DNA of 64,000 nt, taken from Macrostomum lignano (Eukaryota). The notes beneath the pieces are model-generated. The model worked only from the letters and a program-made list of their open reading frames with translations, had not been told where the DNA came from and searched no databases. Position 1 is the stretch's first letter; each line of letters begins with the position of its first letter. The stretch is from contig NIVC01000426.1 of NCBI GenBank assembly GCA_002269645.1, positions 124,001 through 188,000 on the forward strand. The letters run 5' to 3'. Position numbers and translations under genes: made by a program. Below, one piece after another: positions 45,601-60,779 of the stretch.

Positions 45601-47345
45601 CTGGTACTTTGGGCCAAAGTGTTTTGTGTTCTGTCAACTATTTACAGCCTATCAGAGCAGAATGCTTGGTCACCACAGAGTCGGTCACACTTAACATGGA
45701 GTAGGGACAGGCTATTCAAGAAAATTTCAAGTGAATATTGGATTCTATGTAATTAACCTGCGCTTTAGCATCAAATTTCCGACCGACACCGAGGGGCGGA
45801 ATCAGGGGGATCTGGGGCGGAAACAGGGGCATCAGGGGCGGAATCAGGGGAATCAGGGGCGGAATCATGGGGAGCAGGGGCAGAATCGGGGGAGCAAGGG
45901 TGGAATCAGGGGGATCAGGGGCGGAATCAGGGGAATCACAGGCGGAATCGGGGGAGCAGGGGTGGAATCAGGGGGTTCAGGTGCGGAATCAGGGGGATCA
46001 GGGGCGGAATCAGAGGAGCAGTCAGGTGTCGGAGTAGTCACTGACCAATCCAGTTCAGCTCTGCCAAGGACACGGTCTGGTTGAACTCCACGTGCAGCTG
46101 CGCCACGAAAACCCCGAAGGCGCGCCGCTTGCCGCCCAAGAAGATGACATTGGTGGCAGCGCAGGCCAGCACCAGCCAGGCCCAGAAAGGGCGCGCGTAG
46201 ACGCCGGTGCTTCTAAAAGAATTTTTAACGAAAAAAGAGATTGACTTTGTGCTGTAGTAAATCCGAATAAATACGATTCATACACAAGCTCATTGTGCTT
46301 ATCAGATATTCACAATGATGACAGTGCCGCAGTGACACGTTGCTAATGGCAGTGTGACACATCTGCTGTTTAAAAATGTGACACAGTGTGACACATCTCC
46401 TGTTTAACAATGTGACAGTGTGACACATGTGCTGTTTAACAATGTGACACAGTGTGACACATGTGCTGTTTAACAATGTGACATAGTGTGACACATCTCC
46501 TGTTTAACAATGTGACAGTATGACACATGTGCTGTTTAACAATGTGACACAGTGTGACACATGTGCTGTTTAACAATGTGACATAGTGTGACACATCTCC
46601 TGTTTAACAATGTGACACAGTGTGACACATCTTCTGTTTAACAATGTGACATAGTGTGACACATGTGCTGTTTAACAATGTGACAGTGTGACACATCTCC
46701 TGTTTAACATTGTTACATAGTGTGACACATCTCCTGTTTAACAATGTGACATAGTGTGACACATCTCCTGTTTAACAATGTGACATAGTGAGACACATCT
46801 GCTGTTTAACAATGTGACATAGTGAGACACATCTGCTGTTTAACAATGTGACACAGTGTGACACATCTCCTGTTTAACAATGTGACATAGTGTGACACAT
46901 CTGCTGTTTAACAATGTGACACAGTGTGACACATCTCCTGTTTAACAATGTGACACAGTGTGACACATCTCAGTTATGACAGTATGAGACAAAGTGACAC
47001 ATCAGTTATGACAGTATGAGACAGTGTGACACATCAGTTATGACAGTATGAGACAGTGTGACACATCAGTTATGACAGTATGAGACAGTGAGACACATAT
47101 CAGTTATGACAGTATGAGACAAAGTGACACATCAGTTATGACAGTATGAGACAGTGAGACACATATCAGTTATGACAGTATGAGACAGTGTGACACATAT
47201 CAGTTATGACAGTATGAGACAAAGTGACACAGTGTGACTGAAATCTGTGAGATGACCACTCCACTTACTCAAACAGTCCTTGCCGTTCCCCTTTGGATTC
47301 TTCAGCTTCCGCCTGCTTCTTCTCCTGCTCAGATTCTGTCGACAT
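42613..47345 (-). CDS. MFS transporter, SLC16/monocarboxylate-transporter-like, 4 exons (47345-47269, 46212-46046, 44880-44402, 43293-42613)
   Basis: TM1 FWAWLVLACAATNVIFLGGKRRAFGVF, HGIGSSF, VNEYFDK and YNWRNAF, plus multiple TM segments. Phases 2,1,0 are consistent. Confidence 0.88.
43330..44355. repeat. Intronic 22-bp minisatellite
   Basis: Unit GGTAGCTGAGTGATTGGRGTTT. Confidence 0.97.
44915..45465. repeat. Intronic 15-bp minisatellite
   Basis: Unit TGTTTTCTAATCGGC. Confidence 0.95.
45790..46020. repeat. Intronic G-rich degenerate repeat
   Basis: GGCGGAATCAGGGG variants. Confidence 0.8.
46345..47240. repeat. Two adjacent intronic ~32-34-bp arrays sharing GTGTGACACAT
   Basis: TGTTTAACAATGTGACA-type units, then CAGTTATGACAGTATGAGAC-type units. 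Confidence 0.9.
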
Positions 47346-48079
47346 GTTGCTTTTAAACAGCCTTAATAAATGGCAAATTAAAAAGTATACTGTACGAATT
47401 TAAAGTGTATTGAGGCCGACAAAGTTTAAAATCAAGATCTGAAGAACTCTGACTGGGACGGGCAACAGACTGAGAAAAAGGTGCAGTGCAAGGTTTGCAG
47501 AGACGCGCAAAACTATAAGTGAACTCAACTGCAGTGAGAGCTCAGCAGGTGAGTCGCTAGCAAGCTGCTCACACGCTCAACTGTTGGCACGTGTTTTAGT
47601 GTGTGTTGGAATTTTTTGGCCGAGAGGCTTGAGGGGTGTTGGGGTTGTTGGGCTCAACCCCCCGACTCTCTCTGCCTCCTTTCCTCCAGTCGGACGAGAA
47701 GCTCGGGCTGTACAGTGGGGTGAGAGAGTCAGGGTACCTCTGGAGGGGTGCAGGGTGACAACTGGTCAATCTTAGCGAACTGGCTGTGGGCCCTGGCGTG
47801 CTCTGTACTCAGTCAACAGTAGATATTTACTGTAAGAATTCTTTTGATACAGCGGAGAGCCTTCTAAGTTAATAATGCACAATTTCTTTCTGGCATTGAT
47901 GGCACAGGGACCGCCCCATCTCTTTGCTAACTCATTGCCCTGTTCTTGTCTTCTTTTTGTTGCCTCACTTCCATGAGATGAGGGTCGCTTCGCCGTTTCC
48001 TGGTGGCCAGAAGGCAATACTGCGGTGTGAGACTGAGAGATGATAGAAATAAATTTATGCGCAGTGATAAAATACTGAT

Positions 48080-48660
48080 TGAATGAGTGAGTGAGTGAGT
48101 GAGTGAATGAGTGAGTGAGTGAGTGAGTGAGTGAGTGAGTGAGTGAGTGAGTGAGTGAGTGAGTGAGTGAGTGAGTGAGTGAGTGAATGTGAGTGAGTGA
48201 GTGAGTGAGTGAGTGAGTGAGTGAGTGAGTGAGTGAGTGAGTGAGTGAGTGAGTGAGTGAGTGAGTGAGTGAGTGAGTGAGTGAGTGAGTGAGTGAGTGA
48301 GTGAGTGAGTGAGTGAGTGAGTGAGTGAGTGAGTGAGTGAGTGAGTGAGTGAGTGAGTGAGTGAGTGAGTGAGTGAGTGAGTGAGTGAGTGAGTGAGTGA
48401 GTGAGTGAGTGAGTGAGTGAGTGAGTGAGTGAGTGAGTGAGTGAGTGAGTGAGTGAGTGAGTGAGTGAGTGAGTGAGTGAGTGAGTGAGTGAGTGAGTGA
48501 GTGAGTGAGTGAGTGAGTGAGTGAGTGAGTGAGTGAGTGAGTGAGTGAGTGAGTGAGTGAGTGAGTGAGTGAGTGAGTGAATGTGAGTGAGTGAGTGAGT
48601 GAATGAGTGAGTGAGGGAATGAGTGAGTGAGTGAATGAATGAATGAAGGAGTGAATGAAT
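48080..48660. repeat. (TGAG)n microsatellite
   Basis: Direct reading. Confidence 0.98.
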
Positions 48661-48929
48661 TTACCACTAATTTTTAATGCAGGATACAGGAAGGGAAGAA
48701 GAAAAACTTGAATCTGGCCAATGAGGATGGCCCATCCCATCCCACAGTATTCTTCATCTCATCCACAGACTAGGCAGCGAATTTTTCCCTTTTTGCGCGC
48801 CCTTTGCTGTGTTCTGAAGCTGCGAGCAGCCTTAGCCGCAACGCTGCAAACCTCCCAGCCATTTCGGTAAGTATCGGTGCCTGACATCTTTCCGACTTAG
48901 TCACTGGGAACCTTCTCGGTAGACACACT

Positions 48930-49470
48930 TCTGTGTGACTCTCCCTGACACCCTGTGACTCCCAGTGACTCTCCGAGATACTCTGTGACTCTCCGTGACA
49001 CTCTGTGACTCTCCGCGACACTCTGTGACTCTCTGTAACACTCTGTGACTCTCCGCGACACTCTGTGACTCTCTGTAACACTCTGTGACTCTCCGCGACA
49101 CTCTGTGACTTTCTGTAACACTCTGTGACTCTCTGTACTCGTAACACTCTGTGACTCTCCGAGACACTCTGTGACTCTTCGAGACACTCTGTGACTCTCC
49201 GTAACACTGTGACTCTCTGTAACACTCTGTGACTCTCCGTAACACTCTGTGACTCTCTGTAACACTCTGTGACTCTCCGAGACACACTGCTGAGACTCTT
49301 CGTAACACTCCGCGGCTCTTCGTGACTTCCCGTGACTCTCGATAACTCTTTGACTGTCTGTGATTCTTTGTGACTCTATATGGCTCGTCATGACTCACTG
49401 TGACTTCCTGTGAATCTCCGTGACTCTTCGTGGCTCCCAGTCTCTCCCAATAGCTTTCTGCCACTCTCTG
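48930..49470. repeat. ~20-22-bp minisatellite
   Basis: ACTCTGTGACTCTCYGYRAC variants. Confidence 0.9.
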
Positions 49471-49929
49471 TGACACCCTGCATCTCTCTCCCAGTTTTCT
49501 GGCAAAAATCCTTCAAATCAGACTGACACCAGCGCCCCCCAGCCGCGGTCAAAAAGCCATTAAAAAATCCAAACCCCAGCGCCTTAATTTCCCCAACAGC
49601 TGTTTTTTTCAAGCTCCAAGAGTCTTCTTCTGCGCCTCTATGCCCCTGTGTTTGCCTGAATCCTTCCCTTGTTCACTTGGGCTGTCGTGATGAGATTTTT
49701 AACACAGAGCGCCGCTGCTGCCACTGGCAGGATGACAGCTCTTGAGTATTGATGAAGCAAATAATCACAACCTAACTGAACGAGGGGAGACTCCAGACAG
49801 TTCGACGGCGTAGAGGACTTGAGAAATCAGTCATAATTTTGTAGTTATGACTCTTTTGCACGCTTTTTTCATTTCATCAGCCGTGTGTTGTTTTAAAAAG
49901 AACGCGCAAAACTTTTTTAAAAACTCCCG

Positions 49930-50625
49930 AATTCACTCATGAACTCACCCATGAACTCACTCATGAACTCACTCATGAACTCACTCATGAACTCACTCAT
50001 GAACTCACTCATGAAATCGATGATGAACTCATTCATGAACTCACTCATAAACTCACTCATGAACTCACTCATGAAATCGATGATGAACTCATTCAGGAAC
50101 TCACTCATGAACTCACTCATGAACTCACTCATGAACTCACTCATGAAATAGATTATGAACTCACTCACTCACTCACTCACTCACTCACTCACTCACTCAC
50201 TCACTCACTCACTCACTCACTCACTCACTCACTCACTCACTCACTCACTCACTCACTCACTCACTCACTCACTCACTCACTCACTCACTCACTCACTCAC
50301 TCACTCACTCACTCACTCACTCACTCACTCACTCACTCACTCACTCACTCACTCACTCACTCACTCACTCACTCACTCACTCACTCACTCACTCACTCAC
50401 TCACTCACTCACTCACTCACTCACTCACTCACTCACTCACTCACTCACTCACTCACTCACTCACTCACTCACTCACTCACTCACTCACTCACTCACTCAC
50501 TCACTCACTCACTCACTCACTCACTCACTCACACTCACTCACACTCACTCAATCATTCACTCAATCATTCACTCAATCATTTACTCACTCATTTACTCAA
50601 TCATTCACTCACTCATGAAAGCACT
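49930..50625. repeat. 12-bp repeat (GAACTCACTCAT) grading into (CACT)n
   Basis: Direct reading. Confidence 0.95.
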
Positions 50626-51044
50626 CGGCAGTCTCATGAATTGGAAAAAATCACGCACAGGCCGAGAGAGGCAGGGCTGAGTCCAGTCACTGGTCTGGTC
50701 AGCTGGTGGCATGCTGCACAGCTTGAAAAGAAAGCGGAGAACAGGACCGAGAAACAGCGATCGCAAAGCATTTGGCGTCAGCTCTGACAGAACTGGATTT
50801 AGAGAGGCGAGATAGGGGGCCAAAAGCAATTCAGACTGGGATTATGGTGGTAATGAGAGGAGAGCAGTCTGGGATAAGATCTTAATTAAGGATAGGGGAG
50901 TTTCCTCTCTTGAGAACATTTTTTACGAGCTGCAAGGGCTCAGCATCCAGTGGCTGCAATGGATAAATATACACAAATCAAGTAATTGCGAGCTCTCCGA
51001 AGCTAGAACAGTTTCTGTGTTTTACAATCATTGATCAAGTCATA

Positions 51045-51950
51045 CTACTGACAGACAATATCACACTACTGATACAGACAATATCACACTACTGATACAG
51101 ACAATATCACACTACTGACAGACAATATCACACTATTGATACAGACAATATCACACTACTGACACAGACAATATCACACTACTGATACAGACAATATCAC
51201 ACTACTGATACAGACAATATCACACTACTGACAGACAATATCACACTATTGATACAGACAATATCACACTACTGACACAGACAATATCACACTACTGATA
51301 CAGACAATATCACACTACTGACAGACAATATCACACTACTGACAGACAATATCACACTACTGATACAGACAATATCACACTACTGACAGACAATATCACA
51401 CTATTGATACAGACAATATCACACTATTGATACAGACAATATCACACTACTGACACAGACAATATCACACTACTGATACAGACAATATCACACTACTGAC
51501 AGACAATATCACACTACTGACAGACAATATCACACTACTGACAGACAATATCACACTATTGATACAGACAATATCACACTATTGATACAGACAATATCAC
51601 ACTATTGATACAGACAATATCACACTATTGATATAGACAATATCACACTACTGACACAGACAATATCACACTACTGATACAGACAATATCACACTACTGA
51701 CAGACAATATCACACTATTGATACAGAAATATCACACTATTGATACAGACAATATCACACTATTGATACAGACAATATCACACTACTGATACAGACAATA
51801 TCACACTACTGACAGACAATATCACACTACTGACAGACAATCCTATACTACTGATACTACTGATACAGATATTATCACACTACTGACAGACAATATCACA
51901 CTACTGATACTACTGATACTGACATATCGCACTACTGACACAGACAAATC
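51045..51950. repeat. 21-23-bp minisatellite
   Basis: Unit ACAGACAATATCACACTACTGAT. Confidence 0.95.
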
Positions 51951-52364
51951 ATGCTACTGAGAAAGAATCATGTTACTGTAACAGAGAATTCACACTACTA
52001 ACAGTAATAGAAAACAATTTTTTGTACAGAATAAAAAAACTAAAAGCATTGAGGCGCTTTGGCTGCCGCTTAATGTTCCAGTGGTTGTGAAAGTTTTCAA
52101 TTCTGCTATGGCTTCAGTTCTGTGACGCAACCAGTCAGCATACATTTGTGATTCAAATATTAAGTATAGATTTGCATCTGAAAATTAATACAAGCATTTG
52201 AATAAACTGCAACTGTCATTTGAAGCTTTGAAGCGTTAATTTCACATTTCAGAGTTTCACAGATCGAAACTGACCATTTTGGGAGGCGTCGCATGTTAAA
52301 CGCTTTTTACTTATAAAATCGGGACATGGGTTACCATTGAAAATTAAAATTAAGCTGTTTCAGA

Positions 52365-52945
52365 GGATAAACTGTTTCAGATTGTAAACTGTTTCAGAGA
52401 ATTAACTGTTTCAGAAGATAAACTGTTTCAGATTGTAAACTGTTTCAGAGAATTAACTGTTTCAGATTGTAAACTGTTTCAGATTGTAAACTGTTTCAGA
52501 AGATAAACTGTTTCAGATTGTAAACTGTTTCAGATTGTAAACTGTTTCAGATTGTAAACTGTTTCAGAATGTAAACTGTTTCAGAAGATAAACTGTTTCA
52601 GATTGTAAACTGTTTCAGATTGTAAACTGTTTCAGATTGTAAACTGTTTCAGATTGTAAACTGTTTCAGATTGTAAACTGTTTCAGAAGATAAACTGTTT
52701 CAGATTGTAAACTGTTTCAGATTGTAAACTGTTTCAGATTGTAAACTGTTTCAGATTGTAAACTGTTTCAGAAGATAAACTGTTTCAGAAGATAAACTGT
52801 TTCAGATTGTAAACTGTTTCAGAGGATAAACTGTTTCAGATTGTAAACTGCTTCAGAGGATAAACTGTTTCAGATTGTAAACTGCTTTAGAGGATAAACT
52901 GTTTCAGAGGATAAACTGTTTCAGATTGTAAACAGTTTCAGAGGA
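52365..52945. repeat. 17-bp minisatellite
   Basis: Unit AAACTGTTTCAGATTGT. Confidence 0.95.
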
Positions 52946-53135
52946 TAAACAGTTTTTGATGAAAAAAGCAGACAAAAAGATAATTAAAAGATAATTAAAA
53001 GATAGAAAGATAACAATTTAGTTATAAATTTTCCAGAAGCTACATTTTGTTGAATTTCCAAAAAAGCAGAAATTCCCCAAAAGACTCAGAGCCTTCTCTC
53101 CAGAGTTTCTCAGGCAGTGAATGCCTTCACTGAGC

Positions 53136-56100
53136 TCAGTCGGCTTCTTGCTCAGCGGTGGAAGATTTCGCAGTTTTCATAGCATCAGCAGCAGCGACCT
53201 CCTTCTGCTGGTCGCCTGTCCCCGTCCTCGGCCCGCCCAGCTTGGCCGACAGCTCATCTGCGATGTCATCGGTGCTGCGGTTCTTCGTCTCGGGCATGAA
53301 GAAGAACAGAAACACCAGGCCGGCGGTGACCGGCACAATGTAGATCAGGTAGACGAAATGCCCCAGAGACTTCTCCAAGGTGTAGTAGGTGAGCACAACC
53401 AGAGCGTTGCTGGTCTGCAGCACTCCCATAGCAACTGAGTTGGCAGCTCCGCGGGCTTTCTGTTGGAAAATCTCGCTGATGTACATGACGGTGATGCAGC
53501 CGAGACCGATGGCGAACCCGACAACGTAGATGAAGACGAGAGCGCAGGCAACTCCAGACAGAGTCTTCTGGGTGGCCGTGGCGGTGCTGAAGGACTTGGG
53601 CGTGAACTGGCTGACTATCAGCAGAGCCACCAGGCTCACCAGCACAATGGCCAGAGACAGCAGCAGCAGGAGCCGGCGGCCGAACTTCTCCAGGATGGGC
53701 AGAGCCACGATGGTTGACAGCACGTTCAGCGCGTACACACCGAGTGTCACCAGCGGCACCGTGGACTTCTGGACTCCAGTGTTCTCAAGCATGATGCTGG
53801 AGTATTGCATCACCTGGGAGGGGCATGCACGATGATATAGGAACAATCATGGTTATTCAGCAGGCAGCCAAATAAGAGGCAAGAATCCGCCAAGGAATCT
53901 GCGACAAGTACAACAGAATCTGCAACAAATGTAACAACAGAATCTGCAACAAATGTAATAACAGAATCTGCAACAAATGCAACAGAATCTGCAACAAATG
54001 CAACAGAATCGGCTTTGAGAAGAATTAGCAGAGTACTCAGAAGATGACGCACTCACCACATTGATGCCGCTGAGCTGCTGCACCACCACCAGCACCAGGG
54101 TGATCAGCAGGGCCATGCGGTACCGCTTGCTGGTAAACAGAGTCCCAATAGAGAACTTCTCCGCCGCCTCCTGTTGTTCCATCTTGACTTTCTCCGACTT
54201 CAACGCCAGCATAGCTTCGTCGACTTCGGCGGGAGCGCAGAATCGCTGCACAGCCTGCTTGGCGGCAGCCTCGTCACCTTTGTTGAGGTAGAGAAACCGG
54301 GGACTCTCGGGCAGGAGCGGCAGCGCAATGCTGGACACCAGGGATGGCAAGCCGCTCAGAGCGATGGCGACCACCCAGTACTTCTCGCGGTTGAGCGCCT
54401 GCTCCAGGCCGACCAGGCCGCCAACGAAGATGCCGATAGTGATTGACAGCTGCCCGCTGGAGCCGATGGCGCCGCGGAGTCGAATAGGCACGATCTCAGT
54501 GACGTACATTGACGTCATGGGGATGGTCAGGCCTGAAGGCCAGTGGGATCAGTGAGGAATGATGAATTCATAGGATAAACTGTAAACAGATGGTAAAATT
54601 TTTCATAAAATAAGACATCGAAACAGCTCACCGTTGTGAAGGCCTGACAGAGCTCTGGTGATGTACACAAAAATAGGTGAGTTCGCAGCGAGTGTTGGGG
54701 CGATGGATATGGCAGCCAGCACTGAGAATACGTTGGCCATAACCAGGCCTGTTCGCCTGGAATGGAATATAGTGAGACCTAGGTGAGGTGGGCGAGTGAG
54801 GGGTGAGTGAGGGGTGGGTGAGAGCTGGGGTGAGAGCTGGGGTGAGAGCTGGGGTGAGAGCTGGGGTGAGAGCTGGGGTGAGAGCTGGGGTGAGAGCTGG
54901 GGTGAGAGCTGGGGTGAGAGCTGGGGTGAGAGCTGGGGTGAGAGCTGGGGTGAGAGCTGGGGTGAGAGCTGGGGTGAGAGCTGGGGTGAGAGCTGGGGTG
55001 AGAGCTGGGGTGAGAGCTGGGGTGAGAGCTGGGGTGAGAGCTGGGGTGAGAGCTGGGGTGAGAGCTGGGGTGAGAGCTGGGGTGAGAGCTCGTTTTCAAG
55101 TCGCTCACCTGCCAAATCGCTCGCTAATAAGGCTGGTCATGAAGCCCCCAACAGCGGCGAAGACAACCCACACCACCTGAGTCATGGTGTACATCCAGCG
55201 CAATCTGTTGTCGTCTCTAGATGACAGCCGATCCGAGAGCTGCTCCTCCTTGACGCAGTTGTCAAGAAAGGCGCCCCGGTCTATTGAAGAGTTCTTCAGC
55301 GTGAATGACGACAGCCAAGTGCGCAGGAAAAAGCACTCGATTTTCTGCAAGGTTGCAGGTTCCGGTGGGGCTTCTCGGTTACCCTTCACCCACTCTACCT
55401 CTCTCCCACTCTACCCCTCACCCACTCTACCCCTCACCCACTCTCCACCTCACCCACTCTCCACCTCGTCCACTCTCCACCTCGTCCACTTTCCACCTCG
55501 TCCACTCTACCCATCACTCACTCTACCCCTCACCCGCTCTACCCCTCACCCGCTCTACCCCTCACCCGCTCTACCCCTCGTCCACTCTACCCCTCACCCA
55601 CTCTACCCCTCACCCACTCTACCCCTCGTCCACTCTACCCCTCACCCACTCTACCCCTCGTCCACTCTACCCCTCGTCCACTCTACCCCTCGTCCACTCT
55701 ACCCCTCGTCCACTCTACCCCTCGTCCACTCTACCCCTCACCCACTCTACCCCTCGTCCACTCTACCCCTCACCCACTCTACCCCTCGTCCACTCTACCC
55801 CTCACCCACTCTACCCCTCGTCCACTCTACCCCTCACCCGCTCTACCCCTCACCCACTCTACCCCTCACCCACTCTACCCTTCACCCACTCTACCCCTCG
55901 TCCACTCTACCCCTCGTCCACTCTACCCCTCACCCACTCTACCCCTCACCCACTCTACCCCTCACCCACTCTACCCCTCACCCACTTTACCCCTCACCCA
56001 CTCTACCCCTCTATACAACACATTAGCAAAGAGAGCACGACTTTCCCACCTGTCTGGGCGAGTTGAGCACAGAGATGCAATAGCCAAACACGAACGTGGC

Positions 56101-56302
56101 TCCGAAACAGGAGGTGAACACTGCCAATGCAATGCACGCCCCTGCGCGGATAAATTAAATGTGTCAGCATGTACAATAATTCCAGTCTGAACAGTTCCTC
56201 ATTGGCTTCAGTAAAGCAGTCACTCGCAGACTCACTTGGAGACAGACCCGAGCTGCTCCCCGCCGCCTTCTTCCCGTCCGCACTGTTGCTGCTGTTGTTC
56301 AT
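53136..56302 (-). CDS. Facilitated glucose transporter (SLC2A/GLUT family), 6 exons (56302-56236, 56141-56050, 55344-55109, 54756-54632, 54532-54057, 53813-53136)
   Basis: Sugar-porter motifs [62 protein letters not shown] and PETKNR. Phases 1,0,2,1,0 are consistent. Confidence 0.95.
54810..55090. repeat. Intronic 12-bp minisatellite
   Basis: Unit GGTGAGAGCTGG. Confidence 0.97.
55385..56010. repeat. Intronic 16-bp minisatellite
   Basis: Unit CCACTCTACCCCTC(AC/GT). Confidence 0.95.
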
Positions 56303-56794
56303 TGTGATGCAGCTAGCTCAGGCTCTCAGTTGGAGTTCTCAGAAATAAACAAGAGCAGTCTCAGTTGAACAACAGGAACTCAAAATTACAAGAGACTTCA
56401 GATTGGTTGCTCATTTAAAAACAATTGTGTGTCTGATCCCGACTTCTGGCTCAGCCTGTATTTACTGATTTTTATAAGCGAGAAGAGTACGGCCATAAAC
56501 TAAGGTAAAGATATTGCATGTTTCTTTCTGGCTGCGGGAACATTTCTTAGAGTTTGCTACTCAATCGCTACAATCTTAAGGTGCATAATAAAAAGCGCAC
56601 AGGTTACATTAAGCACTGGTCTTTACACTTGTACAGCTGAGCAATAATTTGGTCAACTTCAGAAATTCAAATAAATAATTTGCGCACACAATAAATCAGC
56701 GACGGCATTTAACTAACTAGTATGGAATAACAAAAATGCGACTATAGTGAACTGGGGTCAGCAAAAGGTCGCTTAGACAAGAAGTATCTAGACG

Positions 56795-57460
56795 GTCACC
56801 CACTCACTCAAGTCAGTCACCCATTCACTCAAGTCTGTCACCCACTCACTCAAGTCAGTCACCCATTCACTCAAGTCTGTCACCCACTCACTCAAGTCAG
56901 TCACCCATTCACTCAAGTCAGTCTCCCACTCACTCAAGTCAGTCACCCATTCACTCAAGTCTGTCACCCACTCACTCAAGTCAGTCACCCATTCACTCAA
57001 GTCAGTCTCCCACTCACTCAAGTCAGTCACCCACTCACTCAAGTCTGTCACCCATTCACTCAAGTCTGTCACCCACTCACTCAAGTCAGTCACCCATTCA
57101 CTCAAGTCTGTCACCCACTCACTCAAGTCAGTCACCCACTCACTCAAGTCAGTCAGTCAGTCAGTCAGTCAGTCAGTCAGTCAGTCAGTCAGTCAGTCAG
57201 TCAGTCAGTCAGTCAGTCAGTCAGTCAGTCAGTCAGTCAGTCAGTCAGTCAGTCAGTCAGTCAGTCAGTCAGTCAGTCAGTCAGTCAGTCAGTCAGTCAG
57301 TCAGTCAGTCAGTCAGTCAGTCAGTCAGTCAGTCAGTCAGTCAGTCAGTCAGTCAGTCAGTCAGTCAGTCAGTCAGTCAGTCAGTCAGTCAGTCAGTCAG
57401 TCAGTCAGTCAGTCAGTCAGTCAGTCAGTCAGTCAGTCAGTCAGTCAGTCAGTCAGTCAG
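56795..57460. repeat. 21-bp minisatellite grading into (CAGT)n
   Basis: CACCCACTCACTCAAGTCAGT, then pure CAGT. Confidence 0.97.
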
Positions 57461-57815
57461 TTAAAACTTGATTGTTAAGAACCTTGGGACAGTCAAAAAG
57501 AGCAGCAGAAAGAGGCCAGTTTATTTTATCGAAGAAAACGTGTTGAACACATGCTGAATCGTCGAGATTCAACAGTAGTATGTATGCACACGTAATGCTA
57601 AAATTGTATTGATTGAGAGAAGGCAATTATTGCATATATAGAAGCATTTTAGTGCGTTGATGATTTTTATTGCATTTGTAGGCACGCAGCAAACTGGATC
57701 TCCAGGCACATTTGCTGTTCGGCACCCATCAATCACTGTATCACATGCAGTGCAATAATTCAGTACGTTGAACTGTTAAATAATCAAACATTCAATCTCA
57801 AATCAGCCAATCAAA

Positions 57816-59653
<1,838 letters not shown>

Positions 59654-59737
59654 TGTTGCGGCAGTTCAGCACGGGAGCGGGTTAAAGTGAACTGAGGGCC
59701 AGGCGCAAGAGGTGCGGAGAGGCCTTTGAATCGGTGC

Positions 59738-59820
59738 TTTATAGCCTGCCTCTGCTGCAGGTTCAGCTGCGCAATTGTCATGTGACAGAATGTGCAACTT
59801 TTAACAACGATGATGAGTCA
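59738..59820 (-). promoter_or_regulatory. Putative cathepsin L core promoter: TATA box, CLEAR/M-box-like E-box, AP-1 site
   Basis: TATAAA on the minus strand at 59738-59743, GTCATGTGAC at 59777-59786, TGAGTCA at 59814-59820. Confidence 0.55.
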
Positions 59821-60349
59821 CCCAGACTTGATTAGAAATTAAAGTTAAAATCAGTAATGATGTCTATTTCAAGAAAAAGGCTGTTTATCTTATTGATTAG
59901 AAATGTTTACTGCAAGCAGTCGCACTAGCGAACTTGTGTAAACAGAAAGCTGAATGTTTGGACCGGATACCTGTTGGGCTGGATGGCTGCACCGCTTGTG
60001 CTTGATGAGAAATTCTTCTGCTTTCACCTGTTAACTAGTACAGTCTACATGTTAAGCAGTTTTTAATACATGTATTTGTGCCTCTAGACAGATCAGCAGG
60101 TGCCCAACTGTGTGCAAATCATTCCCCGGCCAGGTAGGCCCATGCAGTGACTGCAATATTTGTTTATAGTCAATTCCAACTAAGAGCTGTGCCAAGTTGC
60201 AATTCTCTGCCGTTAATTCCACGGTTAGCCTCGGGTCTTTTCTGCGAAATTCCATCCAGTCACGTGGCATGAGTCAGCAACAGTTTTAGGCTCGTTGCAA
60301 GATCAAATTAAGATTAAGATTCCGGTTCCATACTGACCTTCTTAGTTAC

Positions 60350-60610
60350 TGACTGACTGACTGACTGACTGACTGGCTAACTGACTGACTGACTGACTGA
60401 CTGACTGACTGACTGACTGACTGACTGACTGACTGACTGACTGACTGACTGACTGACTGACTGACTGACTGACTGACTGACTGACTGACTGACTGACTGA
60501 CTGACTGACTGACTGACTGACTGACTGACTGACTGACTGACTGACTGACTGACTGACTGACTGACTGACTGACTGACTGACTGACTGACTGACTGACTGA
60601 CTGACTGACT
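60350..60610. repeat. (ACTG)n microsatellite
   Basis: Direct reading. Confidence 0.98.
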
Positions 60611-60779
60611 ACTGTAAAAAGCAAGTGACGATTATTTCAATTGCAAAAAAATGGCATTAACATAGTAAATTTTTAATTCTTTTTAAAGACAGCACCAAAA
60701 TTCAGTATATGCTGATAAAATATATATTTATGCCGCGAAGGCTCAGCCACAATCAGAAAAAGCATTCAAAGGCATCTAA

